Source of the DNA: Octopus bimaculoides | Taxonomy: Eukaryota | NCBI RefSeq assembly: GCF_001194135.2 | Contig: NC_069002.1 | Span: 30,938,748-30,986,298 of the forward strand | Length of the DNA: 47,551 bases | Reading direction: 5' to 3' | Shown: piece by piece, positions 35,916 through 47,551 of the stretch | How the letters are laid out: every line of letters begins with the position of its first letter | Position numbering within the stretch: the first letter of the stretch is position 1 | Made by a program: the position numbers and the translations under genes | The notes under the pieces: generated by a model | Seen by the model: the letters and a program-made list of their open reading frames with translations, nothing else | Databases searched by the model: none | Told to the model about the DNA's origin: nothing

Positions 35916-36243
35916 NNNNNNNNNNNNNNNNNNNNNNNNNNNNNNNNNNNNNNNNNNNNNNNNNNNNNNNNNNNNNNNNNNNNNNNNNNNNNNNNNNNNN
36001 NNNNNNNNNNNNNNNNNNNNNNNNNNNNNNNNNNNNNNNNNNNNNNNNNNNNNNNNNNNNNNNNNNNNNNNNNNNNNNNNNNNNNNNNNNNNNNNNNNNN
36101 NNNNNNNNNNNNNNNNNNNNNNNNNNNNNNNNNNNNNNNNNNNNNNNNNNNNNNNNNNNNNNNNNNNNNNNNNNNNNNNNNNNNNNNNNNNNNNNNNNNN
36201 AATTCACTATCACTAAAAATGTATCCTATAATGTATGTATATA

Positions 36244-36301
<58 letters not shown>

Positions 36302-37015
36302 TATAATATACACACATAGATATATATATATGATCGATGCTAGGGCTGCCTGATTGGTTCCCATGCCAGTGGCACGTTAAAAGCACCATCTGAATGTGAC
36401 CAATGCCAGTGGCCCCTGACTGGCTCCCGTGCCGGTGGCTCGTAAAAGCACTATCCAAACGTGATAGATGCCAGGCCCACCTGACTGACTCCTGTGCTGG
36501 TGGTATGTAAAAAGCACCTACTACACTCTCAGAGCGCCTGGCATTACGAAGGGCACCCAGCTGTAGAAACATTGCCAGATCAGATTAGAGCCTGGTGCAG
36601 CCGCTGGCTTTCCAGACCTCAGTCAAACCGTCCAACCCATGCCAGCATGGAAAACGGATGTTAACCGATGATGATGATAACATATGCGCACACATATTGA
36701 CCAGACTATCAGATACTGTTACAATGTACCTCACATTGTTTTGAAAGATGCCACCCAGCCAGGTAGGTGAGTAGGCCAATATTCCAGCTGATTGGAAGAC
36801 TGTTTTATCACTGGGTTACTCATTTACTTCTGAGTGGACTGGAGCAACATGAAATGAAGTGTTTTGCTCAAGAACAAAATGTGTTGCCTGGTTCGGAAAT
36901 CTAACCCTTGATCTAGCAATCATGAGTACAACACCTTAACCACTAAATCATGTGCCTTCACACACACACATTTGAATGTATGTGTATATATACATATATA
37001 TTTACACATGCATAT

Positions 37016-37060
<45 letters not shown>

Positions 37061-38879
37061 AGACCTTCTTCAGTCATGTATGACCATGGGATTGCACCTA
37101 GAAAGTTCTCCTCCAAGGCACAAGTCCAGACACGGTTGTTTATCGAAGACAAGCAGTCGCCCATGCAAACCAGCCTCCCCTCTTCGTGCCTCCAATGTTA
37201 CCAGGAAAAGGGGCCGATACAGCTTGGCACCAGTGACATTGCAGCTCATTTCTACAGTTGAGTGAACTTGGAGCAACATAAAATAAAGTGTCTCGCTCAA
37301 GAACACAACACAGCCTGGTGCATAAATTGAACTCACTACCTCATGGTTTGTGAGCCCAAAGCTCTAACCAATGAGCCATGTGTCTTATATAATACACACA
37401 CACACAAACACACATATATATACTGGATGATATATATGTATATGTATGTATATATATATATATATTGGATGATAATTTAAATTGTGTACACCTAACTGAG
37501 CATATGGTTAATAGCATTTTGATTAAGAAAAACTAGTGCTTTTAAATCTGCTGTTAAAAGCCAGATAGTGTTTTAATTCATCTTTGCATCAGCCATTTTT
37601 AATATCAAACTTTAACTTCAATATTTTGCTAAATGTAACATCTCTTTACTGTTTATATTGTCATAAATATATTTCACCATCTTCATCAATATTTCAGTAG
37701 TCTCCATCATCGTTTATTTTAGTTTTTTTTTTTTTTAAATGATATTTCTTTTTCTCTATTTCATCATATAATTTTTATTTTTATTGCACACAGTGCTTGA
37801 ATCAAGTTTTCTTATGCACATTACAACATTATAATCATAGATATTATATGCACATTACTACATCGTAATTAGTCTGCACATTTTTGATGCATCCTCATTG
37901 CACTTTAAAAGTTATCTCAGTTTGCATCTCTTCTCAAAATAAATATCGTCCATCTACAAACTACACTCACATCCACTTCTTAGCACACTCAGCACATACA
38001 CTCTGCACGCATAATATATATTTATGTGTATGTATGTATGCATATATATATATATAATATATATACTACATATGTATACATATGCACACACACGTTCATA
38101 CTTATATACATGTGTATATGTATATATATATATATATATATAATGTATGTATATATGTGTATATATATACACACATGTTGCTATTAATCAAAATATATAA
38201 AGTAAATCCTACCATTTCTCGTTTCCATTTCTCACTTCTTTTTCACACATCAACATCTTAGAAACTCCACACCATTAACTCTACTCTTGCATGCTTTCTT
38301 TTTGGTCTTATCCACTCATGATACACACTTCAGAACGTACAGCATGTTTCAGTACATATCTTCACCTATTAAGGGTCCCTAACTGCTAACAACACCCTGC
38401 ATTACTGTCTATTCCATGGGACTATGAAGAGTGCTTCCTCTTGGTCATTTTGCCCTGCTAGAAAATGCAGCTAAATTTACCCTTAAAAGAAACCCTACTG
38501 TCTTAAAAATGGAAGGATATATTGTGTAAGTCTTACACAATGTTTTAAAATAAAATTGACTGGTCTCAGCTGGAAGCCCATGGCTCATAAGTTTGCTTTA
38601 TCAGAGCTCATATGGTCCCTAAACAATTACAGCCATGATATTTGTAAACCAATGAACAGTGCTTCTATGTGGTCACTTGTCTAACTAGAAATAGCAACCA
38701 AAATCTCCCTTTAAGTCATAACTCATAGTTTTTAAACAAGACAGGGTGGTCATAGCTGGATCACGCTTGATTACAGGGTTGTTTTAACATAGTTAAACAA
38801 CAAGAACAACTGTAATGACCTGCTAACCAACCCAACTATAAAACATGCCAAAATTAGCCATTTTATTAATTGCACATCT

Positions 38880-39305
38880 TGCTTCTTATGAAGTTACAAC
38901 TGTGTATAGTCCCTCTAGTTTCTTATGAAGTTACAATATCATAAAGAAGTTATAACTGGCCCCTCTGAACTATATATAGTCCCTCTGTGTCACAACTCTA
39001 TATAAACCCCTATAGCTTCTCTCAGGTCACAATTATATATAGTTCTCCTGGTCCCTCTCACTTAACTATATATATGCCCTCTGGCCTGTCTCATGTGGCA
39101 ATTATATATAGTCCCTTAAGCCCCTCTGAAGTCACAACAATATATATGTAATCCCTCTGGTCCCTCTCATGTGACAACTATTATATATAATCCCTCTGGC
39201 CCCTTTTGTGTGACAGCTATATATAATTCCTCTGATCCCTCTCAAGTGACAACAATATATAATCCTTGTAGCCCCTCTCAATTCACAACTATATTAGTCC
39301 CCAAA
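38880..39305. repeat. Minisatellite (~37 bp, GTCACAACTATATATAGTCCCTCTGGTCCCTCTCA-like)
   Basis: About 10 ACAACTATATATA...CCCTCT units. Confidence 0.8.
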
Positions 39306-39924
39306 TATTTCTCCAAGGTGCCTAAGCCACAAACCAGTCAAATATAAGGTTATGGGCATGGCTCTGTGGTTAAAAAGTTTGCTTTGTAGCAAACCAGATT
39401 TTAGTTCAATCTCACTGTGCAGAACATTAGTGAAATATGTTCTACCACAATTTCAGATCGACCTTAGTATATGGAATCTGGCAGACAGAAACTGTATAGA
39501 AGTCTATCAGAAACAACATTTGTCTTCTGGGTGGCACATCTAATCTGTTGTGAAGTTTGACACCATCTTGTGTCCTTTAGCTGAGTCTACTACATTCTAA
39601 TCATTTGGGCCAGGTCTCTGATATCCACTTGTGGTGTCTGGCTCTGGTAAATTCATCCCTTCCTCCTTACCAGTCTTTGAACCCCTGAGAAAGATCTTAC
39701 TCTGACTAAGACATAAGAAAAACACCAAAAAATATTTTTTAAATGTAAAACAAAAAACCCACTTTATTTATTCCCCTTACAATCATTCTAATATTTTTAG
39801 ACATATAAAAGCAAAAACAAATAATACTGAATTCATGCTTCAAAAAAATTGATGTTTAATTTTTGTCTACTTCACTGCATGTTACATTGCACTGCTCTTT
39901 AGAAAACACTGCATGACAAAATAT

Positions 39925-40200
39925 GCAGACTAGACCGGACTGAACTAGACTAAATTAAAGTAGACTTGACTTAACTAAACTAGACTGAACCAGACTAGAC
40001 GTGATTACACTGGGCTAAATTAGTCAAAGTGGAGTAAAATATACAACACTGGACTAAACTAGATTATACTGGATGAAAAAACTAGACTAGACCTGATTAA
40101 GCCTGATGAGACAAGATTTAACTATATTAGACCAGACTAGACAAAACTAACTGTGTTTATACTGGACTAAACTAGACAAAAACTGGACTAGACTAGCCTG
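39925..40200. repeat. Degenerate pentanucleotide repeat (ACTAG/ACTGG/ACTAA)n
   Basis: Direct reading. Confidence 0.8.
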
Positions 40201-40919
40201 AAACATAAAATGTACAATATGGCAATTCTGTTAGTTTTGACCATTAAATCAGTTTTTTAGCCTCCGTAATGATTTTTCTGAGAAGAGAAAAATGAAGTTG
40301 TTCAATGGCTTATATTGTACCAAGACATACATGGAGTAGACGTTTTCTGCATTCAGATATTAATAAATGGAATAAAGTTCCATATGCTTCTCTCGGAACT
40401 ATCTTAGCAGTTGGAAATAACAGCGTTTAAAAAGGTCAAATGCACAAATGAAAACATCTCTTGTAGTTCTTCAAAATTGCAGTTAATCATTGGTTAATTT
40501 TTGAGATCAAATGTCCAATAAGGCCATTGCTCATAATGATGGCATGGACTACAAAATAGATAAATTAATTAATTAATTAATTTCACTTAAATAGATGATT
40601 TGGGTTTTCATTCGTTTTTTTTAAAGATTTGACAAAAAAACGTCTCACCATTTTTATTTTGAAAAATGGTCAGCACTCTCAGATGCTTCTTTGCAAAGAT
40701 GGTTTGCTGTTGGGAATTATTCTTCTTAACTGATAATAAATATCCATCTGATGACCAATATCCAGTGCATGGATAATTAACAGGTTTCACACAATCAGAA
40801 CCAATGCTAGTCCAGATCCAGTTGGTTGACCAAGTATATGATTGGCCTCAGGTCTGAACATTCTGGACATTCAGAGACAATCTGACATGCATTCTTCTCA
40901 ACATTTAGGGTGGATGTAA

Positions 40920-41370
40920 GGCTGCAAGCTGGCAGAACCGTTAGCATGCTGAGAAAAATGCTTAGCAGCATTTTGTTGGTCTTTACATTCCGAGTTCAAA
41001 ATTCCGTTGGGGTTGACTTTGCCTATCATCCATTTTGGGATCAATGAAATAATTACCAGCTGAGCACTGGGGTCAATGTGATTGACTTGTTCCCACCACC
41101 GAATTTGCTGGCCTTGTGTCAAAATTTGAAACTAATATTTAGGAGAGAGTTAAAGTGGTGAGCTGGCAGAGCTGTTAGCATCATGGGAAAAATGCTTAGC
41201 ACCATTTTTTCCATCTTTATGTTCTGGGTTCAAATTCTGCCGAGGTCGACTTTGCCTTTCATCCTATCAGGATCGATAAAATAAGCACCAGTTAAGCACT
41301 GGGGTCGATCTAATTGATTTACTCCTCCTCTGAAATTGCTGGCCTTGCGCCAAAATTTGTGACCGACATT
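40920..41370 (+). mobile_element. Two tandem family A SINEs
   Basis: AGCTGGCAGAACCGTTAGCATG and GGTGAGCTGGCAGAGCTGTTAGC heads, B-boxes, central block, and 3' GGCCTTGTGTCAAAATTTGAAAC-like ends. Confidence 0.85.
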
Positions 41371-41820
41371 TTGAGCAGACAGTAGTAAGCCTCCTGGTCA
41401 GTTTTGCCTCCAGTCCTATGACTCAAGATCAATTATCAGGATTCCATGGTGTATAACTGACCAAGATCACAACATTCCTTCTGAATGAGATGCCGTCTGT
41501 TGCAGGGGGTTACCTATTCAAGGCTGAGTGGACTGGGGCAATGTGAAATGAAGTGTTTTACTCAAGAACACACCACACTGCCAAGTCTGGGAATTGAAAC
41601 CACGGTCTTGTGATCATAAGTGCAACGCCTTAACCACTAGGTTACATGTCTTCACATCAGAAAGACAGAGACTAAAAAATAAAAAAAAATAGATAAAAAT
41701 GTTCTTCCCAGAAATGTGATGAAATTGCCATCGGGAAATTTGAACCTATGACCTAAGGCTTTAAACAACCAGTAGTTTGTTTGTTTTTCCTGCCCAGCGA
41801 CTGTTTATAATGTTACTGCT

Positions 41821-41875
41821 AAATGAAATTTTACAAAACATTTAAATGAAATTTTACAAAACATTTAAATGAAAT
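41821..41875. repeat. 23-bp tandem repeat AAATGAAATTTTACAAAACATTT x2.4
   Basis: Exact copies at 41821-41843 and 41844-41866. Confidence 0.9.
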
Positions 41876-42798
41876 CTTATCCAACAAGGAATCGCTGTTC
41901 AATATTTACTGAATTGCCTCCAACACAGGAGAGACCAAGTGAAAAACATACTCTTACAACTAAACACACATACACTTACACACATGAATAACTTAACACA
42001 CACACACTCACACATGCAGATAAAACACGTATATAAATACACACATACAGATTAATACACACATACATATATATATATATATACATATATATATGTGTGT
42101 GTGTGTGTATACATACAGATATATACACACTCACACGCATACAGATTAATACACACAATCATATATATAAATGCATACACATGCATACGGATTAATACAC
42201 ACATTCAAATAAAACACGTGCACACAATCATATATATAAATACATACACACACATACAGATTAATACACATTCACACATTCAGATAAAACACATGCATAC
42301 ACATATATATATATAAATACATAGACACGCATACAATTAAATACACATACATATACATAAAAACTAATCACTCTCACATGCAATTAAATGCATACACACT
42401 CACACACACATATATATATGGGTAACTACATATACACGTATCAACAGACATAAGGATGTGTTTGTGAAGTTCTTTACCAGTAATACCTACAGTGTTTCTG
42501 CTTTGGATCCTCCACCTTCCCTGTGTCTGTCCAATATTAACCAAAACCAACACACACACACATAGACATAGACATAAGGACGTATCTGTGAAGTTGTCTA
42601 TGTGTGGTACCTTTACCGTTCCCAACATCTTGGATCCTACTCCTCCTCCGCTATGTCTGTTCGACACGTAAACCCAGACTGCATGCTTTGTCTGCATTGC
42701 ATCTTGTTATTTCATCTAACACCAGTTTTTGTTCTTCTTCCATCTGGCTGACACATTACTTGTCCTTTGGAACTGCAATTATTGTTGATTTTGCCAAG

Positions 42799-42924
42799 GT
42801 GCAGCCGGACTTAGAGGAGCTGCCAATGAATATGGAAGAGAATGAAGATGCTGAAAGTACAAAATCTGAAGTTAAATTAGGAAAACTCCAATATTCAATG
42901 GACTACGATTTTCAGAAAGGCGAG
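42799..42924 (+). CDS. Syt1: Synaptotagmin-1 linker / start of C2A exon
   Basis: Acceptor TTTTGCCAAG (AG 42797-42798). 126 nt = VQPDLEELPMNMEENEDAESTKSEVKLGKLQYSMDYDFQKGE, donor GTAAGC at 42925 (phase 0). KLGKLQYSMDYDF is the first beta-strand of the Syt1 C2A domain. Confidence 0.95.
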
Positions 42925-43089
42925 GTAAGCACAATTTAATTTTACCAAAATATTTCAGATTTGAGAAGTGTTTTTTTTTTTTTTCCAACAGACAAAAGAC
43001 ATGAGCAGATCAAACATGATATGGTCAGATAATATTCATAGTCTTAGTTGGTTACCCTCTTGAGTCTAGCTCCAAAATGTGAAGATTGC

Positions 43090-43825
43090 TGCTTCTGTTA
43101 GGACCCTAAGGTTGAGGTGCTAGAGGTGCCCATCCCTACGACCCTCCCAGGAGTAGTGAGCAGAGAAAATGGATAGATGGATGAATGGTTTTCCTTTTGT
43201 TGGAGATTCCAGTTACCAAAATATTTTATATTTGAGAGACAGTCTTTGTTTTGTGATATAGTCTTCCAGTTTAAGGCTAGCAGAATTGTTAGCTCGCCAG
43301 GCATTTCATCTGTCTATAGGTTCTGAGTTCAAATTCTCCTCAGGTCAACCTTGCCTTTCATCCTTTCAAGGTCAATAAAATAAGTACCAGTTGAGTACCA
43401 AAATTGCTGGCCTTGTGCCAAAATTTGATATCGATATATTCTTCCAGTTTATCAAAATCTTTGTACCTGAGAGATGATCTCGTGATAGATTCCAGTTCCT
43501 AAAATATTTTAAATTTGAGAGATGGTTTTCTGATGCAAGGTCTAGGGATAGACCAGAGATGAGACGGTTGGATAATATCCAGTTTCAGTTAGTCCCACTT
43601 GGGAACCCAGCTGGAAAGCATAATGGTGCTTACTTCTGGTAGGACCCTATGGAGAAGGTACTGAAGGAATCAATCCCTCCCTCCTCCACATACGAACCTC
43701 TCAGAAATAGTGAATGGTGAAAAATGGACAGATGGATGGTTTTCCTTTTGTGAGAGATTCCACAATTACCAAAATATTTTATATTTGGGAGATGGTCTTA
43801 TATTTGTGACAGATTCCAGTTTTGT
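43090..43825. repeat. Diverged local direct duplication (43090-43270 vs 43630-43825) with sub-repeats, split by a family A SINE at ~43271-43428
   Basis: Shared GATGGTTTTCCTTTTGT..GAGATTCCA..TTACCAAAATATTTTATATTTG(A/G)GAGA blocks. Confidence 0.7.
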
Positions 43826-44889
43826 CCTAAGAGAGTAAAACATCATTATTGCCATTTTAACATCTACTTTTCCATGCTTGTATGGGTCAGACAGAATTTA
43901 TTGTGTTAGATTATTAAGGGCTGGATGCCCTTCCTGTCACCATTCCTCACCTGTTTCCAGACATATTTCCTTGAAAGATTTCAAATTAGTGATACTCTTT
44001 GCACAATGGTGTCATCCCTTTACAACTTGTAATGCAGCTCACAGGACCAGCATCAGTCTCCTGTTTTCCCCCACCAAATTCTTATGTTTTACTTTTTAGC
44101 AGGGTTTTAGCCCACTAATTTAAAATAATGTTCGGTCGGATGAACTGTTAGGGCAATAGATAATGTGCCAAATGAAATAACAAATGTGCATGTTCTGAGT
44201 TCAAATCTTGTTAAAGTCAACTCCACATTCACCCTTTTGGGGTTTGATAAAATAAAGTAGCAGACAAGTGAGAGAGCAGCACATGCCATCAAAGTGACAC
44301 TGGGGTACAAATAAACGAAGCCCAATATACCCCTCATGACTACCAGTCTGATAAGGGTACACCAGGTATATGCATCACAACGATATGTGTGCGACATGGT
44401 GATCTCATATCAAGATAAACAGTGCAGGAGTTTGCAGGTGAGGTCCAGTTAGAATTTTCTTCAGGTCAAGTAGCCAATCCCACGCAAAAGGTCCCTGAAT
44501 AAGGGTTATTTAAGGATGTTGAATGAAACACCCATGTTTCCAGAAGTGAATTATTCAACCCCAAAGAATTCCTCTCAACACATGGCTATGATGCACCCCC
44601 ACTACTTCTACTTGTGATCAGAGATGCACATATTGTCNNNNNNNNNNACATGGCTATGATGCACCCCCACTACTTCTACTTGTGATCAGAGATGCACATA
44701 TTGTCACCCACCAAGGGACATGCTCAACTGGTTACGGTCAAACAACTGACAAGCAAATCTGTGGTATTGAGCAGAATATTTGCTGTAGCCCATTTTTTTT
44801 TATACCAAGACAAAACAATGTACATGATAACACTTCCAATACCAGTGCTTGGTATTGCATTATCGTTATTATTATTTTATTCTTAAAGC

Positions 44890-46805
44890 TGTGTCCTGGC
44901 AAAATCGTTAGCATGTCTGGTGAAATGCTTAGCTGTATTTCATCCGTCTTTATGTTCTGAGTTCAAATTCTGCCAAGGTCGACTTCTCCTTTCATCCTTT
45001 CATGCTCGATAAATTAAGTACCAGTCAACTACTAGAGTTGATGTAATCAACTTACCCCTCCCCACAAAAAATTTTCAGGCTTTGTGCCCATATTAGAAAG
45101 AATTATTATTATTATTATTCAGTAGTCTTATTTTTATAACGTGCTTTCACTGCACTACCGAGCACAGCTCTGTGTGCCTTGGGTATGTGCTGTGGTTTGT
45201 TTTGGTGCTCTTACTTTCACTGTATTGAAAGTGTTTTACATAGGATATGTGCGATGTCTAGTAGTGCTATTTCCTGTATGTTATATATATTCGTAAGTCC
45301 TGATGTTTCGGTTAGGCATTTGTCTGAATGTCTTTTTTATAATACCTAATGCACCTTATTATTATAGGGATTGTTTCAGTTTTAGGCTCCACATTTGTGT
45401 TACTGCTATTTCCAGCTCTTTGTATTTTGAGAGTTTTCTGTTTCTGTTAGAGATACACTGTCATCTGTTGGGATTTATACATCAATTAGAAGACATTTTT
45501 TTTGTTGTTGATGATCTCTAACTATACCTGGTCTATTATTATTATTATTATTATTTAAGGTGGTGAGCCAGCAGAATTAATAGCAGGCTGGGTGAAATGC
45601 TTAGTGGTATTTTGTCTGCCACTACATTCTGAATTCAAATTCCGCTGAGGTCAACATTGCTTTTCATACTTTTGGGGTTGATAAAATAAAGACCAGTGAA
45701 ACACTGGGGTCGATGTAATTGATTAACCCCTTCCCCCAAATTTCAGGCCTTGTATCTATTGTAGAAAGGATTATTATTATTATTATTATGTAACATATGG
45801 TATAATTTATAAACAGGGCAAATTTTAGCCATTTCTCAGCAGACTGAAAGAAAAATGATGAACAACCTTAATCAACTTTTAAACCTTATTAGGTTCTCAT
45901 CAGAGGCGTCTACATCATTCTGACAGTCTCAAGAGAAACATGCAGCCAAACTGTTTATATACTCAACAAATGGAGCAGTTACTGTATGAAGGAGTCCCTA
46001 ATTTGCATATCAAAAGTGTTTAACACTCTATAAATACCAGTGGCCTGTCATCAGGAATCTTAGTCCACACAAAAGCTGCTAAAAGCTTATTCAATTTACA
46101 GGGATATTATCTTGAGGTTTGGTGACAACAAGTCTCCTCAAATTTCAAGAATATTTCTTAGGGTTCATGTAGAATACAGGATTGCAATTTTCTACAGTTT
46201 GACAATATGTGTCTTAGTTCCAATATCCTTCAGCCTCTTGGGTAGCAGTCTGGGTATGTGCCAAGTGTACCAAGTATCACAGGAACAATTGTCACCTTTA
46301 TCTTTCACAATCTCTTCTCCTCTCTGGCTAGGTCCTGATATTTCTCAATTTCTTTATTATTATTCCAGGGTTGACTTTGCTTTTCAGCCTTTTGGGGGTC
46401 AATGAAAAAAAAGTACCAGTTGAGTACTGGGGGTTGATGTAATTGACTAGCCCCCTTCCCCAAAATTTCAGACCTTGTGCCTTTAGTAGAAAGGATTACT
46501 ATTATTAATATTTCTGACATTGACTCTCATCCTTTTGGAGTTGATAAAATAAGTACCAGTTGCATACTGAGGTCAATTTAATTGACTTACACCCCATTCC
46601 TAAAATTGCTGGCCTTGTGCCAAAATTTGAAACAATCATTATTATTATTATTATTATTATTATTCTAAGGTCAATTTCGATTTTCATCATTCTGGGGTCA
46701 ATAAAATAAGTACCAGTTGAATACTGGAGTTGATGTAATCGACTTATCTCCCTCACCCCACTGAAACTGCTGGCCTTGTGCCAAAATTTGAAACCATTAT
46801 TTTAT
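44890..46805 (+). mobile_element. Cluster of five + strand family A SINEs or fragments (44890-45120, 45556-45790, 46360-46510, 46515-46670, 46670-46805)
   Basis: Each shows the central block and 3' end followed by an (ATT)n tail. Unique sequence lies between 45120-45555 and 45790-46360. Confidence 0.8.
45861..45910 (-). ncRNA. Decayed minimal hammerhead motif (catalytically dead)
   Basis: Minus strand: GACGCCT CTGATGA GAACCT-AATA-AGGTTT AAAA GTTGAT TA AGGT. GAAA has become AAAA, and helix III reads GTTGAT where a GTCGAC palindrome is expected. Confidence 0.5.
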
Positions 46806-47378
46806 GCAGTTGTTGCATAAAATCTTTCCACATTTTTAATGTGATTTTTCCAAATTCTTTGCATCAATTCTCAAATCTTCAAACAACAAGAAGCAATCCA
46901 ATAATGCTTCACCCATCAGAAGAATTTGGACTCTTCCAGATTATTCCACTGTCACAGAAAGGGAATTGCTCATTAGGCCACCATTCCATTTTGATGTCTT
47001 TGATCAGATCAAATCCCAAGCAGCATAAAAGAAACAAAAAAAAACAGAAATGCCAAATGTCATGCTGTAACCATTCCTCACAGCTAATGTCATGGTTTTT
47101 AGAAGACAGGACATTCCTTGTCACCATGGATACAAGAAAAATACCAAATGCTTGGCATTTTGAGATGACGTTAATGAAAGAGTTCTTGATAATCAGGAGA
47201 TGTATGAAGTTAGAGATATTTTCATTAAAAGGGTGTGTGGTCAAAAGTTTGCTTCCCAACTGCAGGGTCCCAGGTTCAGTCCTACTGCATGGCACTTTGG
47301 GCAAATGTCTTCTGCTATAGCCTTGGGCTGACCAAAGCCATATGAGTGGATTTGATAGAAGATGAAAGAAGCCTACTG

Positions 47379-47409
<31 letters not shown>

Positions 47410-47498
47410 GCCTGGTGTTGCCATCCGGTTTCACCAGTCCTCAGTCAAATCGTCCAACCCATGCTAGCATGGAAAGCGGACGTTAAACGATGATGATG

Positions 47499-47529
<31 letters not shown>

Positions 47530-47551
47530 GTAATCCCTTGACTATCGCAGG

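Noticed and set aside
47425-47450. Family D segment reading CTGAGGA-CTGGT-GAAA-CCGGA on the minus strand
   Set aside because: Helix II cannot form, the cleavage position would be G, and GAAA is not conserved in other family D copies (e.g. 28647-28665).
42925-47551. Search for the next Syt1 exon (expected IQAADL...TSDPYVK-like C2A segment)
   Set aside because: Not found; it must lie beyond the window. ORFs 46778-47320 and 46909-47424 show no C2 motif and overlap SINE sequence.

Overview
Repeat-rich, AT-rich animal genomic DNA with 10 assembly gaps. The SINE families and the gene suggest a coleoid cephalopod, most likely Octopus (inference). One protein-coding gene is supported: synaptotagmin-1 on the + strand, seen as three coding exons. 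These are 6654-6840 (luminal N-terminus), 35782 to >35915 (transmembrane exon, cut by an N gap) and 42799-42924 (linker and start of C2A). The first two are separated by a ~28.9 kb intron, and the remaining C2A/C2B exons lie beyond the window. The rest is intronic or upstream sequence: at least four tRNA-headed SINE families, a (GAT)n-tailed repeat, TTAA/piggyBac-type MITEs, a decayed R4/Dong-like LINE split by three TSD-flanked SINEs, and many mini- and microsatellites. The most notable unexplained structure is two long fold-back elements in the large intron (12853-13235 and 22588-22753). Each carries a Penelope-type minimal hammerhead ribozyme whose catalytic core is intact on the Syt1 sense strand and mutated in the antisense arm. 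A third, dead hammerhead lies on the antisense strand at 45861-45910. Also notable: a pre-miRNA-like hairpin (14155-14224), a tandem acceptor predicting +/-VQ Syt1 isoforms, and a flip in SINE orientation around the transmembrane exon. Almost all other ORFs in the track are microsatellite, SINE or N-gap artefacts. All calls are by eye and repeat boundaries are approximate.
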